Made by a program: the position numbers and the translations under genes
The notes under the pieces: generated by a model
What the model saw: only the letters and a program-made list of their open reading frames with translations
Databases searched by the model: none
What the model was told of the DNA's origin: nothing
In this document: piece by piece, positions 1 through 11,469 of the stretch
Numbering within the stretch: position 1 is the stretch's first letter
How the letters are laid out: every line of letters starts with the position of its first letter
Assembly: GCA_965208905.1 (NCBI GenBank)
Contig: OZ242365.1
Span: forward strand, 2,150,776-2,214,775
Direction of reading: 5' to 3'
DNA: 64,000 nucleotides
Origin: Nitrosopumilaceae archaeon
Lineage (GTDB): Archaea > Thermoproteota > Nitrososphaeria > Nitrososphaerales > Nitrosopumilaceae

Positions 1-535
1 ACCAAATCAAACGATTATACAGGAAGGCTGACGGCATTGCCGTGAATACCATAAACCAGACTGTATCACGTGTTGTACAGGGTACGGATGCCGTCATAGC
101 CGAGATACTATCCATACAGGACATGACCGCACATGGTGGGAACTACAAAAAACACATGAACCGTTCCATGCGGGAGAATAGGCTTGGCGAGTTCCTGCGG
201 AAGTTGGCGCAGCGATGCGAAAAAGAAGGCATTCCATTGTGTGGGGTGATGGCCAACTATACAAGCCAGACGTGCCATGTGTGTGGTCATGTAGATTCGG
301 AGTCGCGTATATCACGCGACCAGTTCATTTGCACTAATTGTACCAGAGTATTTCACGCGGACGTAAATGCCGCCTGGAATATTCTGTATCGGGTGGCGGG
401 GAACGTCATCCTTAGACGGCCGGAGCATAAGGAGGGTTACAAGCCAACACCCACCATGCTCTATACTATACAACGAGGCCGTCAGAAAAGGCATGAGTGT
501 ACGGCTGAGGCTGTGTACTTTTGTATATAATTCCC
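1..535 (+). mobile_element. Right part of a tnpB element ending in ...TATAATTCCC (GGGAATTAT-type terminal repeat)
   Basis: The same ATAATTCCC terminus closes the complete element at 31489-32926 and the remnant ending at 46550. Confidence 0.7.
3..530 (+). CDS. tnpB: TnpB-family RNA-guided nuclease, 3' part (truncated by window edge)
   Basis: The frame is open from position 3. It has a RuvC-II acidic residue (IAEIL), a TSQTCHVC...CTNC zinc ribbon and RuvC-III HADVNAA. Confidence 0.9.
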   Translation, partial: QIKRLYRKADGIAVNTINQTVSRVVQGTDAVIAEILSIQDMTAHGGNYKKHMNRSMRENRLGEFLRKLAQRCEKEGIPLCGVMANYTSQTCHVCGHVDSESRISRDQFICTNCTRVFHADVNAAWNILYRVAGNVILRRPEHKEGYKPTPTMLYTIQRGRQKRHECTAEAVYFCI

Positions 536-573
536 TATTAAATAAATATCGCATGTCTTTTTACTATAACAAA

Positions 574-2106
574 ATGAAATTCATATTCATAATTATGTTA
601 ATGGTGGGCATCTCCATCATACCTGCCGCTTTTGCAGAGCACGAGCAGGTCACAATTACTATACAACCCAAAGGCGCAACCTGTGAGATGAATGATCCGT
701 GCTTTACACCAAATACTGTAACTGTAAATACTGGAAGTGAAGTGGTATGGTACAATGGCGATGATGGGCCTCGCAACATTGTGATTGCCACATTGGGAGA
801 CTGTACTGCAGATATGGATGCATGTATGTTTGATGATTCTGAAAGTCTAATCAACACAGCCTCAATACTTGTGAGTACCACCATACACGAGAATGATAAA
901 TACAGTATGGTATTTGATGAGATTGGAACTTTTCCCTTTTATGATCCAAACTATGCAAGAACTCCCGGAACCATTACAGTTCAAGAATCTCCAGATACAG
1001 AAGAGTATCGTAAAATTACAATTGGTGGCGTGTTTGACATTACGGGAAGTTGGGCGCTAGTTGGTGATGAAACAAAGACTGCCACAGATATAGCGGTTGT
1101 TGACTTTAACAAATTTCTTCATGCTACAGGAGCAGATTGGCGACTTGCAATACAGATAGAAGATAGTCAGGCCAATGGTAATGTTGCTCTAGAAAAAGTG
1201 TCGTCACTAAATGGTAGAGGGGTAGACCTCTTGGTGGGTATGGCACTAAGCTCGCATATTCGTACCTCGTATAACTACATAGAGAGCAATGACATGCTTG
1301 TAGTAAGCTGTTGTTCGACTGCTGCAACTTTGGCCATAGAAGATCACATATTCAGACTTAGGCCCGATGACAGTAGGCAGGCTCCGGCGATGAACGCCAT
1401 GCTAGAAAACGCTCAGATAGAGGTAGTATACATGATAAACCGAAATGATGCTTGGGGCGATGGTTTCAAGAATGGTATACGAGATATATTTGATGGAGTG
1501 TTTGTAGAGGGAATCAGTTATGATCCAAATCAAAGAGACTACTCTGTTGAGGCATCCATAATAGATGAAGACATAAAAAAACTAATTGATGAGTATGGTG
1601 CCGAGAAGGTCGGTGTATTCTACGTAGGCTTTGATGAATTGATACTGCTGGTCGAAACATTGGAGAATTACCAGCATGCGGCGCAGGTGAGATGGTTCGG
1701 TTCCAACACACAGGCTGATGCAGATCAATTCATAACAAATCCCACATCTGTAAGGTTCTTTGAGACGACAAACTTTACAGCAGTAAAGACTGTGACACCA
1801 GATAATCTCATACGACAGTATCTTGATGGTAGGATATCGGAGATATATGACCGCGAGCCTAGCATATACAGTCACTCTGCATACGATGCCATCTGGCTTC
1901 TGGGATATGCAATACACATGACACAGAGTACTAATCCGGACGTGTTGAAGAGTGCGATACCACTGATAGCAGAAAGAATGACTGGCTCTTTTGGATACCT
2001 ACGACTCAATGATGCAGGCGATGTAGCCACAGAGTCCTATGAGATATGGTCCGTACGCGACAGTCAGTGGGTAATGGAGTATACCTATGACACTGGAGTC
2101 AAGTAA
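574..2106 (+). CDS. Secreted protein: cupredoxin-like domain fused to a type I (LIV/branched-chain amino acid-like) substrate-binding domain
   Basis: Signal peptide MKFIFII...AFA. FTPNTVTVNTGSEVVWYN is cupredoxin-like. IGGVFDITGS, FRLRPDD, AYDAIWLL and GSFGYLRLNDAGD are PBP1 motifs. Confidence 0.8.
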   Translation: MKFIFIIMLMVGISIIPAAFAEHEQVTITIQPKGATCEMNDPCFTPNTVTVNTGSEVVWYNGDDGPRNIVIATLGDCTADMDACMFDDSESLINTASILVSTTIHENDKYSMVFDEIGTFPFYDPNYARTPGTITVQESPDTEEYRKITIGGVFDITGSWALVGDETKTATDIAVVDFNKFLHATGADWRLAIQIEDSQANGNVALEKVSSLNGRGVDLLVGMALSSHIRTSYNYIESNDMLVVSCCSTAATLAIEDHIFRLRPDDSRQAPAMNAMLENAQIEVVYMINRNDAWGDGFKNGIRDIFDGVFVEGISYDPNQRDYSVEASIIDEDIKKLIDEYGAEKVGVFYVGFDELILLVETLENYQHAAQVRWFGSNTQADADQFITNPTSVRFFETTNFTAVKTVTPDNLIRQYLDGRISEIYDREPSIYSHSAYDAIWLLGYAIHMTQSTNPDVLKSAIPLIAERMTGSFGYLRLNDAGDVATESYEIWSVRDSQWVMEYTYDTGVK

Positions 2107-2123
2107 TTTTTACTTTTTTTATT
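2106..2123 (+). terminator. Archaeal oligo-T terminator
   Basis: The run TTTTTACTTTTTTTATTT follows the stop codon directly. Confidence 0.55.
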
Positions 2124-4008
2124 TAGTCATACAATATTGTCACATAATCAGAGTGTAGACAGTATTGTTCTAAAAATAAGATTATCTCATAAGAGTTTAT
2201 GCGTAATTGGCATGCTTGTTGTATAAGTAATTATGATCTATCAATGCTATTTGGCAAATATTCTAAATGTGCAGTAGAATTTAGTGGGTTTTGGCATCAT
2301 ACTATGTAAAACAGGTTTACAGTAGAGATTTTAGCGATACGTGTTTTCAACAGTGCCGACAGCCCAGTGGATATTCCCAAAAGCCGTGCGCAGTATCGTG
2401 CATTTGCATCATGGTCCGCTATATTAGCAGGCGGTATACGATACCGCCATACACTAGGTCTCTGTATGATGCCTTCATACAGAGTATCTTATCCTTCCAA
2501 GTTGGGAGGATAATGCCGCATCTGTGTCCTTGAATGGCTCGGCAGGCCGACTTGACGGGGTTATTTTATGGGTTTGTGTGAGTCGTGGACAGCCCCGATC
2601 AACCTAGAATATATTTAAATGTGTACCCTAAGGAGTCCTTAATGGTGAAATCAGGAGCCTTGTCACGTTTAGTCACAACCAATGCGCGGTTTGCGTTGCC
2701 CGCAGTGGCACTGATTGCACTTGTAGCGTGCCTTGCTCCTGCAGTAGATGCCTATGGCACTACACAAGATCGCACCCTGTATGATCAAAGCAGCATTGAT
2801 TCTCGAATAAATGCAGAGGTGGACAGAATACAGGCGCTATATGCAGCACAAGGACAAGCTGCATTTGACACAATCACGTCTGCGGGATTGGCAGACGCTA
2901 ATACGGCAATTTTGTACGTAGTGAATGCTGACACTCTGCAGATAGTGGCACATGCTTCGGATCCTGGACAGGTGGGTCAGGTTGCACAAACCCTGAGAGC
3001 GGCGGACAAATCCTACAGCCAAATTCGTGCCGAACTGGCGCAAAATAACCGAATATGGATAACAAACATAGACACAAACCCTGCCAACTTGGAGTTTCAG
3101 ACAACGCGCACACTGTTGCATCTGCATGACGGCTACATTTTTGCTGCGGGGCACCTCCTACCGGATACCGAAATACAATTGTTCATAGAGGAAAAAGTAA
3201 AGATGTATGACTCATATGGCGATGCAGAAGCATTCTTTGATAGTATTACCCCTGATAGTCCCGTCCTTACGGATGAGCTGTATATGTTTGTGATAGACTA
3301 CTCTGCTTGGATGAGGGTGGCAGATGAGGTGGTACCCGCCCGAGTGGGACAATCCGAGACCATACTGGACACCTCCGCTAGGTCCGTAGAGGATGTCTTG
3401 GCGGATCTTGGGGAAAATGAGGGTACATGGGCAGAATACACATTCCACAACCCTGGTACTGATATAATACAGATCAAGCGCACCTGGCTATACCTGTATG
3501 ACGGCTATGTCTTTGGCTCCGGATATTATCCCAGCGATTCTAGGGCGCAGGCACAGGCAGACTCGGCCAAAATACTGTATGCGGCCCATGGCCAGGATGC
3601 CTTTGGTATGATAACGCCAACCGAACCTGACCCTCTGTCAATACAGTCAACCTTCGTACTGGATGCGACAACCTTGGATGTGGTGGCTCACGCCAGGGCG
3701 CCCAACTTGGTAGGAACCACCAACACATATCTTGATGCGGCCGACAGGCCCTTGGAGACTATACTGGCAGAACTACAAGATGGCGGTGTCTGGGTGTGGC
3801 ACATGGACAGGAATCCTGCAACCCAGACCAACCAACTCACACGTACGTATCTCACCATATATGATGGATACATGTTTGGCGCAAGCTACTCGTTACCCGA
3901 CTCTAGGATACAGTCTGTGGTGGACGAAGCAATCTACACCTACAGGAACGACCCGGAGAGCGGCTTTGAGGTGATCACCTCGGGGACGCTCAACAGACTG
4001 GACATATA

Positions 4009-5118
4009 TAGTTAGGTGCATAAATAACCCGACACCAGTTTTACACCGGTAGGATTTTGTCTAAATTTCTGAACAGAATGCTGCGCGGATCAAACTTTAT
4101 TTCCAGCGACTCGTATATCCGCATGATTTTCCTCCGGAAATATCTCTTGGCAGGTCGCTTGAAAGTCCGCCGTATCCTTGCCTTGCCGTTGAGCCACAGC
4201 CATTCGGCCGGATTCAGAAATGGTGAGTACGGCGGCAGAAATATTAGTTTGATGAAATCACTATTCTTTTTCAAGTATCGCTTTACGCGGCTAGAGTTGT
4301 GATATGCAGCATTATCCAGTATTACGGCAACCTTGCCGAACCGTTTTTTCGTCTTGTTCAAATATCTGATAAAGGACCTGTCGTTGGCCTTGCTAGCGGC
4401 CATATAGCATGTCTGCCCATCTAGCGTGATGCCACCGTATATGGTCTGGCGCTGGTTGCCGAGTGGCGTTTGTACCGGTATGGCATCACCGCGTGTATAG
4501 ACTGCGCCGCTGCCAAACATACTTAAATTTTGGTGGCTTTCGTCTACCATCACGAGTGTAAAACCGTCCTTTTCAAACATTTCTGCCTCCTTTTTGGTGT
4601 CTTTCTGCCAGATTTCGAGATCTTTCCTTGGTGGAATTCGGTCGGATATCCGGGGAGTCTTCCGTATAGTGAAGCCAAGAGACCTAAGGATACGGCGCGC
4701 TTGTGATTCGCTGTATTTTATGCCGGTCTTTTTCTCAGCCAGTTTAACAAATCCGTAGGCGGTAAATCGCTTGACACCGTTAATTATGTTCTCTAATGTG
4801 TGGCGCGGTACGAAAGATGGACGGCCAGGCCTCGCACCATCGGCGAGGCCATCCAGGCCTTTGTGGTCGTAGGCATTAAGCCAATCATATATGGTGCTAC
4901 GATCGACACCAAGCACATCCGCTGCCGCAGAGATGGTATATCCTTTAATGCGCACCATGTTTACGGCTACGATACGGGCGTGCTGTGTCGCACTCTTAGT
5001 CTGTTTTAGGGCAGCCTTTATTTTTTGGGCATTAGTTTGGTTATTCATATAATTAGTTAGTAATTTTGATCATTTATGTATTTCTAATAGAGTGTAGGAT
5101 TATTTATGCTCCCAACTA
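4009..5118 (-). mobile_element. IS630-family insertion sequence
   Basis: Imperfect TIRs TAGTTAGGTGCATAAATAACCCGACAC and TAGTTGGGAGCATAAATAATCCTACAC. TA duplication at 4007-4008 and 5119-5120. Confidence 0.95.
4041..5048 (-). CDS. IS630-family transposase
   Basis: N-terminal HTH. DDE motifs VDES, ILDNA and LPPYSPFLNPAE. Confidence 0.95.
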   Translation of the reverse strand: MNNQTNAQKIKAALKQTKSATQHARIVAVNMVRIKGYTISAAADVLGVDRSTIYDWLNAYDHKGLDGLADGARPGRPSFVPRHTLENIINGVKRFTAYGFVKLAEKKTGIKYSESQARRILRSLGFTIRKTPRISDRIPPRKDLEIWQKDTKKEAEMFEKDGFTLVMVDESHQNLSMFGSGAVYTRGDAIPVQTPLGNQRQTIYGGITLDGQTCYMAASKANDRSFIRYLNKTKKRFGKVAVILDNAAYHNSSRVKRYLKKNSDFIKLIFLPPYSPFLNPAEWLWLNGKARIRRTFKRPAKRYFRRKIMRIYESLEIKFDPRSILFRNLDKILPV

Positions 5119-6069
5119 TATCCCGCCGTCAGAAACTTTACGCATATAGTCGCACATGGCACGCTGCCGCACCTGATCGGACCGCTTCCGAGCTTTCAGA
5201 TAACAAGATCCAACGAGGATATATGGCGCGTGGCCGCGGAAAGCGGTACGGTATGGTCACTATACTCCTTTGTAAACCCTTTTACCGGTGCGGATCAGAT
5301 CAAGCGAGGAATCAATATCTTATACGATGACTACCTCTTCGCATCCACCTACACCCTTTCTGATGCAGATACCAGATCAGTTGTGGACTATGCCATATTC
5401 ACCTATGAGTCCAATAAGGAGAACGATGTCTGGATAGACCTAATCACCCCCGATGAACCCATCATAACCGACGACCTCTACCCGTTCGTCATAGATGCCG
5501 CCTCCTGGACCAGACTGGCCGATGGCGTAGTGCCGGACCGGGTCGGAAAGGCCGAGACTATTCTGGACACCTCTACTCGGTCCGTCGAGGATGTCTTAGC
5601 CGATCTGGAGGCCAACGGGAGTGTCTGGGTGACCTACACGTTCCACAATCCGGCCACCGGAGTGGAGCAGCTCAAGCGCAGCTATTTACAGCTGCGCGAC
5701 GGGATGGTCTTTGGCTCCGGCTACTACCTACTTGATTCACAGGCCCAAGCAGCCGCATACGGTAGTGTCTTGGATTATAGCGTCAAAGGCATGGACGCCA
5801 CCCTTGCAGACATCAATACAATCCCTGAGGAGCCGGTCTCCACGTACGGCTTTATCGTCAACCCGCATAACGGAACCACGATAGCACAGAGTGTGGACTC
5901 TGACCTGATAGATAACACCAACGACTGGGATGCCATTATTCAGGTACTCTCCGTAGAGGAGATACTGGATGTAACAGGCAGCGAGCCCGGCATGTGGGTC
6001 AGCTACACGCATACAGAGCCTGTAACAAGCCAGGAAGAGACCAAGCGCACATGGCTTATACTGAATGAT

Positions 6070-8345
6070 GGCCTGATATTTGGGTCCGGATACTATTCAT
6101 CCAACATCCCCGAGTCCGACGTCCAGTTTGCAGTAAGCAACGCTATCCGCACCTACGAGGCCAACAAGGAGAATGACGCGTGGGTGGATATCATAACCCC
6201 CGATGAACCCATCAGGACCGATGCCCTGTATCCGTTTGTGATAGATGCCGCAACTTGGACCAGACTGGCTGATGGTGTCGTACCCGCCAGGGTGGGACAG
6301 CCCGAGACCATACTGGACACCTCCAGCAGGTCAGTAGAGGATGTCTTGGCGGATCTTGAGGAGAATGGTTCCACATGGGCTACGTATCTGTTCCACAATC
6401 CGGCCACCGGCGTGGAGCAGCTCAAGCGCAGTTACCTTGAGATGCGCGACGGAATAGTCTTTGGCTCAGGTTATTACACGCTGGACTCAAAAGTACAGTC
6501 GACACTGCACGGTCGCATACTAGAGTACGAGCGCGACGGCAGAGACGCAGTGCTTGCCTCAATTAATGTGATACCCGATGAGCCGGTCTCCACGTATGTG
6601 TTTGCAGTCGCCCAACTGACCGGAACCACGGTGGCGCAGGGTGTGGACTCTGACCTGATAGATAACACCAACGACTGGGATGCCGTTACGGCCGTAATAC
6701 CAGTACAAGATATCATTGATACAATAAGCAAGGGAACCGGCATATGGGTCAGCTATGAGCATATAAACCCCGTAACGGGTCAGGATGAAATAAAGCGCAC
6801 ATGGCTTGTCATGCACGGCGGCCTGATATTTGGGTCCGGATACTACTCGTCCAACATCCCCGAGTCCGACGTCCAGTTTGCAGTAAGCAATGCCATACGC
6901 ACCTACGAGGCCAACAAGGAGAATGACGCGTGGGTGGATATCATAACCCCCGACGCACCCATCAGAACAGACACAATGTATCCGTTTGTGATAGATGCCG
7001 CAACCTGGACCAGACTGGCTGATGGTGTCGTCCCCGCCAGGGTGGGACAGCCCGAGACCATACTGGACACCTCCAGCAGGTCAGTAGAGGATGTCTTGGC
7101 GGATCTCGAGGCGAATGGTTCAACATGGGCTACGTATCTGTTCCACAATCCGGCCACCGGCGTGGAGCAGCTCAAGCGCAGCTACCTGCAGCTACGCGAT
7201 GGGATAGTCTTTGGCTCCGGCTACTACGCACTGGATGCTCAGGTACAGACATCGCTGAACGGCCGCATATTGGAGTACGAGCGCGACGGCAGAGATGCAG
7301 TGCTTGCCTCAATCAATATGATACCTGATGAGCCGGTCTCCACGTACGTGTTTGCAGTAGACCAACAGAGCGGGACCACGGTGGCGCAGAACGTCGATGC
7401 CAATCTAATAGACAGTGTGCCGGATTGGGATGCTGTTATGGCCGTAATCCCCGAACAGAATATCATTGATACAATAAGCAAGGGAACCGGCATATGGGTC
7501 AGCTATGAGCATATAAACCCCGTAACGGGTCAGGATGAAATAAAGCGCACATGGCTTGTCATGCACGGCGACCTGATATTTGGGTCCGGATACTACTCGT
7601 CCAACATCCCCGAGTCCGACGTCCAGTTTGCAGTAAGCAATACAATCGGCATCTACGAGGCCAACAAGGAGAATGACGCGTGGGTGGACATCATAACCCC
7701 CGATGAACCCATCAGGACCGATGCCCTGTATCCGTTTGTGATAGATGCCGCAACCTGGACCAGACTGGCTGATGGTGTCGTACCCGCCAGGGTGGGACAG
7801 CCCGAGACCATACTGGACACCTCAGAGAGGTCCGTATATGATGTCCTTGCAGAGCTTCGGGCGAAGGGCAGTCTGTGGATCATGTATACATTCCATAATC
7901 CAGCTACCGATTTGGAGCAGCTCAAGCGCAGCTACCTACAGCTGTACGATGGGATAGTCTTTGGCTCCGGCTACTACGCACTGGATGCTCAGGTACAGAC
8001 ATCGCTGAACGGCCGCATACTGGAGTACGAGCGCGACGGTAGAGATGCAGTGCTTGCCTCAATCAATGTGATACCTGATGAGCCGGTCTCCACGTACGTG
8101 TTTGCAGTAGACCAAACCGGAACCACAGTAGCGCAGGGTGTGGACTCTGACCTGATAGATAACACCAACGACTGGGATACCATTGTAGCCATAATCCCAG
8201 AACAAGACATTATAGATGTGATAAGCAAGGGAACCGGCATGTGGGTCAGCTATGAGCATACGAACCCCGTAACAGGCCAGGATGAAACAAAGCGCACGTG
8301 GCTTGTCATGCACGGCGGCCTGATATTTGGGTCCGGATACTATCC
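6070..8345 (+). repeat. Intragenic tandem repeat of ~750 bp (two Cache-like domains per unit)
   Basis: G(G/A)CCTGATATTTGGGTCCGGATACTA recurs at 6070, 6820, 7570 and 8317 (periods 750, 750, 747). A more diverged unit precedes it. Confidence 0.95.
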
Positions 8346-8733
8346 CTGAAATAATTCTGTGTTGCCTCCCGATGTATGGCCGCAGCAACGTTGATCTCTC
8401 TCCTCTCCAAGCTTGCTGGCATCATGTAGTGACAAGCCCACACCCCAACCCATACCGGAGATAATGAAAGGTGTGGCCGTGAACTTGTGTGGATAATTAT
8501 CAAGCAGCCAAGCTGATATTCATGGGAGCAGTAATGGCGTGGGGCCCTATGGCCGCATATATTCGAAGAGATTTTCGCCGCTTACGTCGCTGTTCAGGAT
8601 TATCCTTGCTGTGTGCCTTTTTTGTCTTTGAGAGTTCCTTATTTTTTGATTTTTTGTATGGAACGCGCTCGTCTGCGGCAAAGTACATCCTGATGATGTC
8701 ATTATATCCATAGATGGAAAACCGCCCTCCGAA

Positions 8734-9230
8734 TTGCAGTATGATCGTTCCGTAGGCGAGTATGTTGTCGTACAATTGGAGAACAGAACAATACAGGTAC
8801 AACTAGGCTACATGGGTGAGCGGTTCGGCATTCACAGATACATGGACTCGCCAAACAGTCTGGACAGGCTGACGGTACAGAACCTGGCAGCACACACTAC
8901 ACCTGATGGGATTGTCATATCTGGTGACATACATAATATCGGCAGCACCAAACTAACCTCTTTGACACTCGATAGGCTTACCATACGTATCTGGTAATCA
9001 CGCAGGATGATACAACCGGTGATGTGTTGTTGTACCATAACGGGACAGATTATGGGGCATATTCAGCCGCTGCAGGGTATATGACATTTCACTTTGGCGA
9101 TATGTTGGACATTGATCTGACCGGCCTGACCGTACATGACACCATACAGCACAGCCTATACCCAATGACATCAAACCCATACAGGGTTGTCATAACCGGT
9201 GATATGCATACCCAACTGGATCATCCATGA
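8734..9230 (+). pseudogene. Fragmented gene, possibly a pilin-like or surface protein remnant
   Basis: Two short consecutive ORFs in different frames. ISGDIHNIGSTKLTSL resembles archaeal pilin-type beta domains. Confidence 0.3.
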
Positions 9231-9277
9231 CTCCCACGCTTATGTCTTCTGTTAGCATCATACCTCGTACCATCCTA

Positions 9278-10135
9278 TCATGGGATTAAATCATTTGGGA
9301 GAAGAAAGTTTACTATGAAAGCATACCAACGCTCAAACTCAAATGGTATGGATGTACCAATGGTACCATCTGTATCTGAAAAGCAGATGGTCTTGGGGTT
9401 CTTATACGTATCCGTTGTAAGTTGGGGGCAATAATAGAATTTGTAATGAGGGTTCATATTGTTGGCATTTTCAATCTCAGCCTGCGCATCAGGGTCATGT
9501 TTTGCATTAAAGGCACTACACGATCTTTGGTCATTTTTTCTCATGCTTCCTATAATCGCCATTATTGCATCTTTGTTGAGTGGAGTACTGTTAAACAACA
9601 CTAAGTTTTCCGTGTTGTTTGGGAACAGTGATTTTGTCATTTCTCTAATTGTACGATTGACGTACCTTTCCTTACCTAAAACCACAAATGCGTTCTGTTT
9701 CAATAAAAACAAGAAGTGAAGACGGTTTCGCACTGTGATGTACTGTGCATCTTTATTCTGACGTTCTTGGGCCTCTACTATACAACTAAGCACATAGTTT
9801 GTATCGTCACTATCATCTAAGATACTGAGTTCAAACTCAATTTTTTGGATCGGACCTTTGAGATCATTAATGGTCCACTTCTTCTCTCCCCTCATTATCT
9901 CATTTAGAATGTTAGTCAATCTGATCGGCAATCCCAAGCTATAGAATGCTGCCCTCCTATACATGATATGATATCCAGGTGGCATTATAAAAAATACTCT
10001 TGCCGGGTGAGTCATCTCACTAATAGTACTTGTCCCTAAGTGGCGTCGAGTGTCGACATAACCTACGCTTCCACCCCAGATGTACAATTTCCACTCCACA
10101 CACCTGATGTACACTGATATATGTCTCCATTCCAA
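9278..10135 (-). CDS. Hypothetical protein (start uncertain, probably downstream of 10135)
   Basis: Long AT-rich ORF with no recognised motif. Confidence 0.55.
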   Translation of the reverse strand: MEWRHISVYIRCVEWKLYIWGGSVGYVDTRRHLGTSTISEMTHPARVFFIMPPGYHIMYRRAAFYSLGLPIRLTNILNEIMRGEKKWTINDLKGPIQKIEFELSILDDSDDTNYVLSCIVEAQERQNKDAQYITVRNRLHFLFLLKQNAFVVLGKERYVNRTIREMTKSLFPNNTENLVLFNSTPLNKDAIMAIIGSMRKNDQRSCSAFNAKHDPDAQAEIENANNMNPHYKFYYCPQLTTDTYKNPKTICFSDTDGTIGTSIPFEFERWYAFIVNFLLPNDLIP

Positions 10136-10332
10136 GTCACTTTTTTGACAGTCTTGTACAGATCATAAGTTCTTGACACCTTCCACACTGTAGTCTGGAA
10201 TCAGGTACTTCCATGGAAGTACGAAGTTGGCGTTACAGGGACGCGTTCATGTCCTTTCTGTACTCTTGCCTGCGTCCAGTGTCCCCTGTACCCTGATCTT
10301 CTGCGGATCGTCACGACGACCCACCCGAAAAG

Positions 10333-11292
10333 TCAGTAAACGATCACATTTGTGTGTAGCACGTCACTGTGCTGGTAGTCAAATACCTCCACGGTCAGAC
10401 AGATCTCGCCAGTCTTGTTTGTCACGTCGACCACCAGCGGACTGCCGTACATCGTACCCGAAAACAGACTTAGTTGGCCTGTTCCACAGCTGCTACGCCA
10501 CTTATATCCGCTGATGTTGTTTTCTGCATCGAACGTCGTAGGCCGTACCGTTAGCGTGTTTCCGCTTTGAGTGGATTGTATCCCAAAAACTTGCGGTGGA
10601 GTATTATCCCTGACGGTTATGATCTTTGTCGTATAATCGTGTAGAGAACCGTCAGAAACATTAAGCCCTACCTGTATTCGTATATCTCCATCATCATCAG
10701 GTATCGCTGGTGCGTAAAAGTCCGTATTCTCGCCATAGTGCCAAATATACCCATCATAGTCGGTCACGTTCCAAAAGTAGGTCAAATCGTCTCTGTCTGG
10801 ATCTGACGTTCTGTCCCCGATTAGATCCACTAGCGTGTCCTCAAATACCGTAGAAGGTGCCACGATTACTGCATTTGGTGTCCTGTTGTGATTTGGATAC
10901 TTTTCCTCTTCTGGATCATCCCTAGGTTGCGTGTTGCCCGGTATTGTCACGCTGACCGAATCACACGCAACCCTGTCCCATGCGTTTGAAGAATCTCTTA
11001 CGTCCTTATCCAAGGCGCACACAGTATACGTTATACGATCTCCGGGTGAGTGATTTCTGGTGTCTTGAATTGACGTGACATGGGACGGCATGAACCAACC
11101 AGTCTTACCTTGAGTTATATCATATGCGTCCACTCTCGGATCGTTTACGTCATTCCAGTATACGTTGATGCTACTTCCGCTTATTGAAGCCCTGGCGTTT
11201 ATACTTGCGGCCTCGGCCTCAAATATAGAGTAGGCTCCAAGCATGCATACTGTTAGCAGTGCGGCAATAAGTATCGCGGTTTTGCGATCCAT
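10333..11292 (-). CDS. Secreted protein with FN3-like and PKD/Ig-like domains
   Basis: Signal peptide. NRTPNAVI...TSDPDRDDLTYFW...VSDG is a PKD-like motif. Confidence 0.75.
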   Translation of the reverse strand: MDRKTAILIAALLTVCMLGAYSIFEAEAASINARASISGSSINVYWNDVNDPRVDAYDITQGKTGWFMPSHVTSIQDTRNHSPGDRITYTVCALDKDVRDSSNAWDRVACDSVSVTIPGNTQPRDDPEEEKYPNHNRTPNAVIVAPSTVFEDTLVDLIGDRTSDPDRDDLTYFWNVTDYDGYIWHYGENTDFYAPAIPDDDGDIRIQVGLNVSDGSLHDYTTKIITVRDNTPPQVFGIQSTQSGNTLTVRPTTFDAENNISGYKWRSSCGTGQLSLFSGTMYGSPLVVDVTNKTGEICLTVEVFDYQHSDVLHTNVIVY

Positions 11293-11469
11293 ATACTATA
11301 TAAGATATCTGATATTTAAACATGCAGTATGGCTTGGCTGTCGATAACCCACCAGAATCCGGGCTCACACGGCCGAGTGGGATATCACCAGTTTCGTTAA
11401 CGGCGCCGATGAGAAATTAGGAGGTAGATAAACCGGTGACAATCACGTAATCTAATAATCGGTGATGGT

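Larger units (their letters stand above)
2642..8349 (+). pseudogene. Secreted multi-Cache-domain protein (~1530 aa, ~12 Cache-like domains) interrupted by IS630
   Basis: Removing 4009-5120 fuses ORF 2585..4015 to ORF 5230..8349 in frame (...RLDIY-PAVRNFTH...). It has a signal peptide and a repeated W.Y.F.NP.T....KR.Y...DG..FGSGY motif. Confidence 0.85.

Noticed and set aside
367-573. N-terminal extensions in the ORF track (also 12794-13033, 58983-59087, 51786-51890)
   Set aside because: They run across neighbouring elements or TIRs. Downstream ATGs give proper signal peptides or family-typical starts.
6153-8240. Repeated minus-strand ORFs (MSCSTPVAG..., MPVPLLIV...)
   Set aside because: They are antisense shadows of the tandem repeats of the poly-Cache gene.
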